Shown one piece after another: positions 62,545 through 64,000 of a stretch of 64,000 nucleotides of DNA; the first letter of the stretch is position 1; the number at the start of each line of letters is the position of its first letter. The stretch spans positions 1-64,000 of the forward strand of contig CAVYXA010000003.1 in NCBI GenBank assembly GCA_963772365.1, written 5' to 3'. The position numbers were made by a program, and so were the translations under genes. A model generated the notes under the pieces. That model worked only from the letters and a program-made list of their open reading frames with translations. It did not search any database and had not been told where the DNA came from. The DNA comes from an uncultured Verrucomicrobiae bacterium (GTDB taxonomy: Bacteria; Verrucomicrobiota; Verrucomicrobiia; Chthoniobacterales; UBA10450).

Positions 62545-62786
62545 TCAATTCGCCTGTTCTTTTGACAAATATCTGTGGATACCAGCAGCGGTTTTGCGGC
62601 TGTCGCGAACTGCGCGCACAACCAAGTCGGGTCCGCGCACCAGATCGCCTCCTGCAAAACGCCGGGCACACTGGTCATTTGGTTTTCATCGACAATGACG
62701 CCGCCCCACTTGTTGCCTTCGATGTTATCGGAATTGCCGGCCGCGAAGATTGGAACGGCATCGAATCCGTAAGCAATCAGGACGTC
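62545..62786 (-). pseudogene. Orphan 3' end of a GltD/SudA-like oxidoreductase
   Basis: DVLIAYGF...VDENQMTSVPGV(frameshift)FAGGDLVRGPDLVVRAVRDSRKTAAGIHRYL; no N-terminus. Confidence 0.8.
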
Positions 62787-63864
62787 AGGAGCTAAACTGA
62801 ATCGAGCGGACAAAATCGAAGAATTTCGGTTTTTCTTTTCCGACCGCGGCATTGGACCCGGTCATTTTGAAAAACCAGACGCGGCCATCGCGGCGTGTCC
62901 AGGCAGCGACCGTGCGGTTTTCCGGGCCGGCAATATCCGTGGTTGAAAAATCTGTCTCTTCTGTTTTCAGCGGATTGATTTCGGAAGTTACAGCGTTTTC
63001 ATCAGCCGGCGCCAGACCGATCTGTCGTCGCCAACGATTAATGTTATCGACGTCGCTTCCGCCGTCTCCGGGAAAAGTAACAACAGAAATGTCGATCTTA
63101 CCGCCATTCTCGCCCGCGGTGCTGAAGGTAGCGTAGCGCATGGTGGAGGGCGGAACCTGCGTCCAATCTTTCGGAGTTTGCCATTTGATCTGTGGCGGGG
63201 CCGAACTCTCCGGCATGGCTGCCATTTCCGGCGATTTATTTTCTGTTTGTGCGTTGCAGACGGCTGCGACCCATTTAATGAAATCCGGCTTTTGCTCCTC
63301 GGTCAGCTCTGAATTGCCACGGATTTTGAAGAAAAGTGTCGCGCTATTCGTGGGCGCGATGCCGGCAATGATCCGGCCATCTTTGGCCGGGTCGCCTTTT
63401 TTGGGTAGCCCGGTAAGATCGACAATGGTTACCGGACCGATTGATGTCGTAAGCTGTTGCGTGATCTCGTTGAGTTTTTGCTCGTTGATCGGTGGTTGAT
63501 CGAGTTGATTAAGCCAGCGATTCACATTCTCGAGCACATTGGCCGCAGCCTGTCCGAGACTTACGAGTGAAATGTCTGCGGCTGTGCCATGCTCGCCTTT
63601 GACGAGAAAACTGGCCTGCCGCATCTCCGAAAGCGGCTGTGGTTGCCACTTTGGCGGTGTGCTTACAGAATTCGAAGAGACCGGCGCGGCCATCTCTCCC
63701 GAAAGCGATGGGGAGGGACCATTGGTCGGCATCGCATTTTGCTGCTCCGGCCCCGAATCTTCCAATGGGGCTTTGGAAACACGGTAAACTTTTATTTCCG
63801 ACTTCTGATCGCAGCTCGCGAGGAGCAGTGCGAACGACGCCAGCCAAACCAAATCCCTTTTCAT
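62785..63864 (-). CDS. Lipoprotein with two tandem homologous domains
   Basis: LLASC lipobox; repeated P..W......MR.A.F, N.NRW..Q and FFK..G motifs. Confidence 0.75.
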   Translation of the reverse strand: MKRDLVWLASFALLLASCDQKSEIKVYRVSKAPLEDSGPEQQNAMPTNGPSPSLSGEMAAPVSSNSVSTPPKWQPQPLSEMRQASFLVKGEHGTAADISLVSLGQAAANVLENVNRWLNQLDQPPINEQKLNEITQQLTTSIGPVTIVDLTGLPKKGDPAKDGRIIAGIAPTNSATLFFKIRGNSELTEEQKPDFIKWVAAVCNAQTENKSPEMAAMPESSAPPQIKWQTPKDWTQVPPSTMRYATFSTAGENGGKIDISVVTFPGDGGSDVDNINRWRRQIGLAPADENAVTSEINPLKTEETDFSTTDIAGPENRTVAAWTRRDGRVWFFKMTGSNAAVGKEKPKFFDFVRSIQFSS

Positions 63865-64000
63865 CCAACTATTTTTGAATCCCGCCTGTGTGGCACTCCG
63901 CGCATGAAAACTCGGAGTATGGGGCATCAATATGCACAAAATCGAACCCCTGGGCATTTATTTGATTCATTGCGGCCGCGCCGCTGCCTTGGGCGAGAAT

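Overview
This window joins two unrelated sequences at about 4,300. Bases 1-4,299 are very GC-rich and look Myxococcota/Polyangiaceae-like (bcp, lipoproteins, DUF4159, truncated vWA-type protein). Bases 4,300-64,000 have moderate GC and look like a soil Verrucomicrobiota (Chthoniobacterales / Ca. Udaeobacter-like) chromosome; both assignments are inferred from gene content and repeats. Both genes at the junction are cut mid-CDS, so a chimeric read or assembly is likely. Indel frameshifts cluster at 1-5.2 kb and about 43-50.5 kb and are probably long-read errors. The main segment carries core genes: mfd 3' end, surA, pdxA, dksA-rpmG-rpsR, alr, tsaB/tsaE, thiL, sppA, tRNA-Arg, ada, glgX, rpmE-prfA-prmC-murA, nfo and accA. 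It also carries an operon encoding a Rieske protein, cytochrome b, a nonaheme cytochrome c and a ba3-type (B-family) oxidase. The most unusual pattern is four orphan 3' gene ends at the edges of accessory cargo (ABC-2 permease, rhodanese, ada, gltD-like). Two of them are synonymously diverged copies of the 3' ends of nearby intact genes, and no integrase is visible. This suggests cargo is gained by recombination anchored at gene 3' ends. Several REP-like and heptamer repeat families are present, some in frame inside proteins (Mfd, Alr, PdxA, ThiL, PrmC) or supplying stop codons (tsaB, nfo).
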